A DNA stretch of 52,022 nt, from contig JAIXRY010000003.1 in the NCBI GenBank assembly GCA_027484965.1, forward strand, positions 1 through 52,022, written 5' to 3'. Shown here piece by piece: positions 49,345 to 52,022 of the stretch. The translations under genes and the position numbers were made by a program. This DNA comes from a bacterium (lineage in GTDB: Bacteria > Patescibacteriota > Minisyncoccia > Phycocordibacterales > UBA9973). Every line of letters starts with the position of its first letter. Positions within the stretch are counted from its first letter, which is position 1. The notes under the pieces were generated by a model that ran no database searches, was not told the origin of the DNA, and saw only the letters and a list, made by a program, of their open reading frames with translations.

Positions 49345-49617
49345 TGTATCTATAATACCATTTTTAAGCTATTTTAAATAAAATTAGTCGTTTAGAAATA
49401 CAAACTCTAAAATAACACCCAAATATCATTACAGTGTATTACTCCTCTGGCATTTAATTAGTACAGCCAAAAAACAAAGATCTATTGCGCGACTATATTT
49501 ATGATAATGTGGTTCAAGCTGAATAAAGTTGGCCATGAACACATCTCCACAACAAATACGCTTACTACAAAATAAAAAAAACACCATTTGGTGTTCTTTA
49601 TTTTTTATAATTTTTTC

Positions 49618-50139
49618 CTATTTATTATTCCCTCTAACTTTATCAATCACCCATTTTATACCAATATGTTCTGCAACTCTATATGATTTCATAAGCATAA
49701 GTCCAAGAAGTAATAGTAATGGGTTTGTACTTACTGTTCCTGCAAATAGATAGTTGAAATTCATAAAGACCCCAGACCAAGCAGCAAGTCTTGTGAACAA
49801 ACCAAGTATCAATGCAATACCTACAAGTATTTCACCATAAACCACAAAGTATGAAATAACTTCTGCATTTGGAAGAAATACATTCGTAATAAGCCATCCA
49901 TACCATTCTGAAACATTTGGATGTTCACCTACCATCTTTGCAAGTGCACCGTTGAGAAATCCTGTTACAGCCACACCTGCTTGTGGACCCGTCCAAACAG
50001 CTTCTCCAAACTTATGCCATCCTGCAATAAGCCATTCATATCCAACATAAACCCTAACAAACAACCAGATAATACTCGAGCGTTTATCGTGTGTAAAAAA
50101 ATTAATAAACTTATACCACCACAAATTTAAAGCTTTCAT
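49618..50139 (-). CDS. DoxX/DoxD family membrane protein
   Basis: RVYVGYEWL.AGW.K, GEILVG..LILGLFT, FMNFNYLFAGTVSTNP. Confidence 0.88.
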   Translation of the reverse strand: MKALNLWWYKFINFFTHDKRSSIIWLFVRVYVGYEWLIAGWHKFGEAVWTGPQAGVAVTGFLNGALAKMVGEHPNVSEWYGWLITNVFLPNAEVISYFVVYGEILVGIALILGLFTRLAAWSGVFMNFNYLFAGTVSTNPLLLLLGLMLMKSYRVAEHIGIKWVIDKVRGNNK

Positions 50140-50238
50140 AAAATAAAAAATAATTAATAGTATGTACCCTGCAATAAATATTTAACTAGTACTACCTATA
50201 GTATACGCCTAAAAAATCTATAAATAATACAGAAATGT

Positions 50239-51483
50239 TTATAAACTATTTTTAAATAAAACGGACTTTGATTTTGGTATATATTTACCTATCAAAAATA
50301 TTACAATACCTGTTGCGATACCTATAATTGTATCTTTATATATACATATAATTACAACCAAAATTGTTGTAATTAATTCTTTTTTATTATGTTTTGAAGC
50401 ATTTATAAGATATTCAGTCTCAACTAATTGATATGCTACAAAAGTAAGTATTGCAGATATTACAGATATAGGTATATATGTAAAATATTTTAAAAAAATA
50501 AAAGATATTAATATAATACAAAAAGCATTTATCATTCCAGACACTTTATGATCTGCACCACTTTTAATATTAAGAGATGTTCTAGCAAGAGCGGCAGTTG
50601 CCGGAATACCACCAAAAATACCAGACGCAATATTTGCTAATCCTAGTCCAAAAATTTCTTTTTTAGGATTATGAATCGTACTCGTTGCTTTGTCTGCCAC
50701 AGCTGCAGATATACCTGTTTCAATAATAGCAACAAGAGCAACACCAAGTGCAGGTACTAGTAAATATGGTTCAAAAAACAAAGTAGTACTCTCTGCTAAT
50801 TTAGGAGATATAACAGTAAATACTTCCCCAAGAGTCTTTATGTGTACAGGTATAAGCTCTTTAACAGACAGAAAACCAAGCAATATTCCAAAAGGAGAAA
50901 GAGTTATTGCTCCAGGAAATTTTGGAGTTTTCTTTTTAAGAATAAAGAGAAGAGTTAAAAATATAAAAAAGACAAAGAAAGTTACAAGATCTATTTTATC
51001 AAGATTAGTAAAATAATATATTATTTTATCAAACTGATGTTTTATATTATCTGGAGTAGATATCCCAAGAGCTCCACCTAGCTGTGTGGCAGCAATAGTA
51101 ATGGCAACCCCAATAGTAAAACCTTGAACTGTATGTTCTGGAATATGTTTTATATATTTTTCCAATCTAAATCTCCACGCAATTAAAATAAAAATACCTG
51201 AAACAATAGCAAGCATTGGAAGAGATTTTGCGCCATGCAAAAGAGCGTAAGAAGCAAGTAGACCAGACAAAGCACCTGTAGGACCAACAATATTATAATG
51301 ACTACCACCGAACAATGCAGCAAAAAAACCTGCCCATATAGCTGTAATTATACCCATGGTTGGAGTAGCGTTTGAAGCAACGGCCAGAGACACAGATAGA
51401 GGTAAAGAGACGAGCGAAACAGTAAGTCCAGACTTCCAATTATTCTTCATTTTTTCAGACAAATATATAATGTGTTTTTTCAT
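50239..51483 (-). CDS. SulP/SLC26 anion permease lacking the STAS domain
   Basis: SGLTVSLVSLPLS, FGGS...VGPTGA, GLANI..G.FGGIPATAALART. Confidence 0.9.
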   Translation of the reverse strand: MKKHIIYLSEKMKNNWKSGLTVSLVSLPLSVSLAVASNATPTMGIITAIWAGFFAALFGGSHYNIVGPTGALSGLLASYALLHGAKSLPMLAIVSGIFILIAWRFRLEKYIKHIPEHTVQGFTIGVAITIAATQLGGALGISTPDNIKHQFDKIIYYFTNLDKIDLVTFFVFFIFLTLLFILKKKTPKFPGAITLSPFGILLGFLSVKELIPVHIKTLGEVFTVISPKLAESTTLFFEPYLLVPALGVALVAIIETGISAAVADKATSTIHNPKKEIFGLGLANIASGIFGGIPATAALARTSLNIKSGADHKVSGMINAFCIILISFIFLKYFTYIPISVISAILTFVAYQLVETEYLINASKHNKKELITTILVVIICIYKDTIIGIATGIVIFLIGKYIPKSKSVLFKNSL

Positions 51484-51569
51484 AAAAAATATTTAAAAAT
51501 AGAGATTAATTTTATCAAAAAAAATAAAATATAAATACTTTACAAAACACAAATAGTGGTTTGTTGAAA

Positions 51570-51606
51570 AAATATAAAACCCTCAAAAATTAGAGGGTTT
51601 TATATT
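51570..51606. terminator. Terminator-like palindrome
   Basis: AATATAAAACCCTC-AAAAATTA-GAGGGTTTTATATT. Confidence 0.7.
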
Positions 51607-51652
51607 GCGAAAGTGGATTCATAGTTGCTTTACTCCTTGAACTATACTCACG
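51605..51652. repeat. Degenerate second copy of the 45082-45129 element
   Basis: 39/48 identity; 8 of the 9 differences are transitions. Confidence 0.65.
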
Positions 51653-51731
51653 TCGTACTTGCTTCGTGTTCACTCTCTGGCTTAGTTTGAGCCTGTGGTA
51701 AACCAATACAAGAGTAATGATTTTAAAAAAC

Positions 51732-51998
51732 TTAAAAATCAAAAAATTCACCTAGTATTGACTTGCGTTTGTGTGTACCTCCTATATAATCATCACGATC
51801 GTATTTTTTATTATTCTGAATGTCATTTTGAGAATTTCTAACTTGCTCTTGAGTTGGTTGTTGAGCGCTGGCTTTCTCAATTAATTTATCTAGTTCTCCG
51901 CGGTCTAACCAAACACCACGGCATTGCGGACAATAATCAATTTCTACACCTTGTCTTTCAGATAATAATAGTTGTGTATTGTCATTTGGACATTTCAT
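51732..51998 (-). CDS. zf-TFIIB-like zinc-finger protein
   Basis: MKCP...ERQGVEIDYCPQCRGVWLDRGELDKL...LGEFFDF. Confidence 0.9.
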   Translation of the reverse strand: MKCPNDNTQLLLSERQGVEIDYCPQCRGVWLDRGELDKLIEKASAQQPTQEQVRNSQNDIQNNKKYDRDDYIGGTHKRKSILGEFFDF

Positions 51999-52022
51999 AT
52001 TTTTATATTAATTAATTTATAA

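Noticed and set aside
49345..49617. Intergenic stretch with short ORFs (including 49529-49753)
   Set aside because: No recognisable motif or structure; it may be a decayed gene remnant but cannot be supported.
51600..51710. Possible additional tRNA gene
   Set aside because: Only fragmentary resemblance to a T-arm and acceptor end; no cloverleaf can be folded, so it was treated as a repeat copy.

Overview
AT-rich bacterial chromosome segment that translates cleanly with the standard code. Gene content and style suggest a Patescibacteria/CPR (Parcubacteria-like) genome; this is an inference, not a database result. Housekeeping genes include khpA-rpsP, rnr, smc-rnc-nusB-rpmF, thrS, gyrB, a PheRS, a UvrD-nuclease fusion and gatCA-ligA. 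There is a type IV pilus/competence locus (pilMNOP-like, pilB, pilT, pilC, two major pilins, pilD, four minor pilins, comF), two divergent tRNA-Ser genes, and accessory lipid, redox and transport genes. No prophage, transposase, integrase or CRISPR array was seen. The strongest unannotated signals are: (1) a complete ribosome-dependent attenuator with a Thr-rich leader peptide upstream of thrS; (2) a well-folded tRNA-Ser with the very rare anticodon ACT; (3) a single-chain, mitochondrial-type PheRS; (4) a short SMC with no recognisable hinge; (5) a NusB-Nudix fusion; (6) an in-frame palindromic element inside a prepilin leader; (7) -10 hexamers 6-9 nt before about 20 start codons, suggesting widespread leaderless mRNAs; (8) a +1-frameshifted secreted/membrane gene; (9) a two-component module bracketed by direct repeats.
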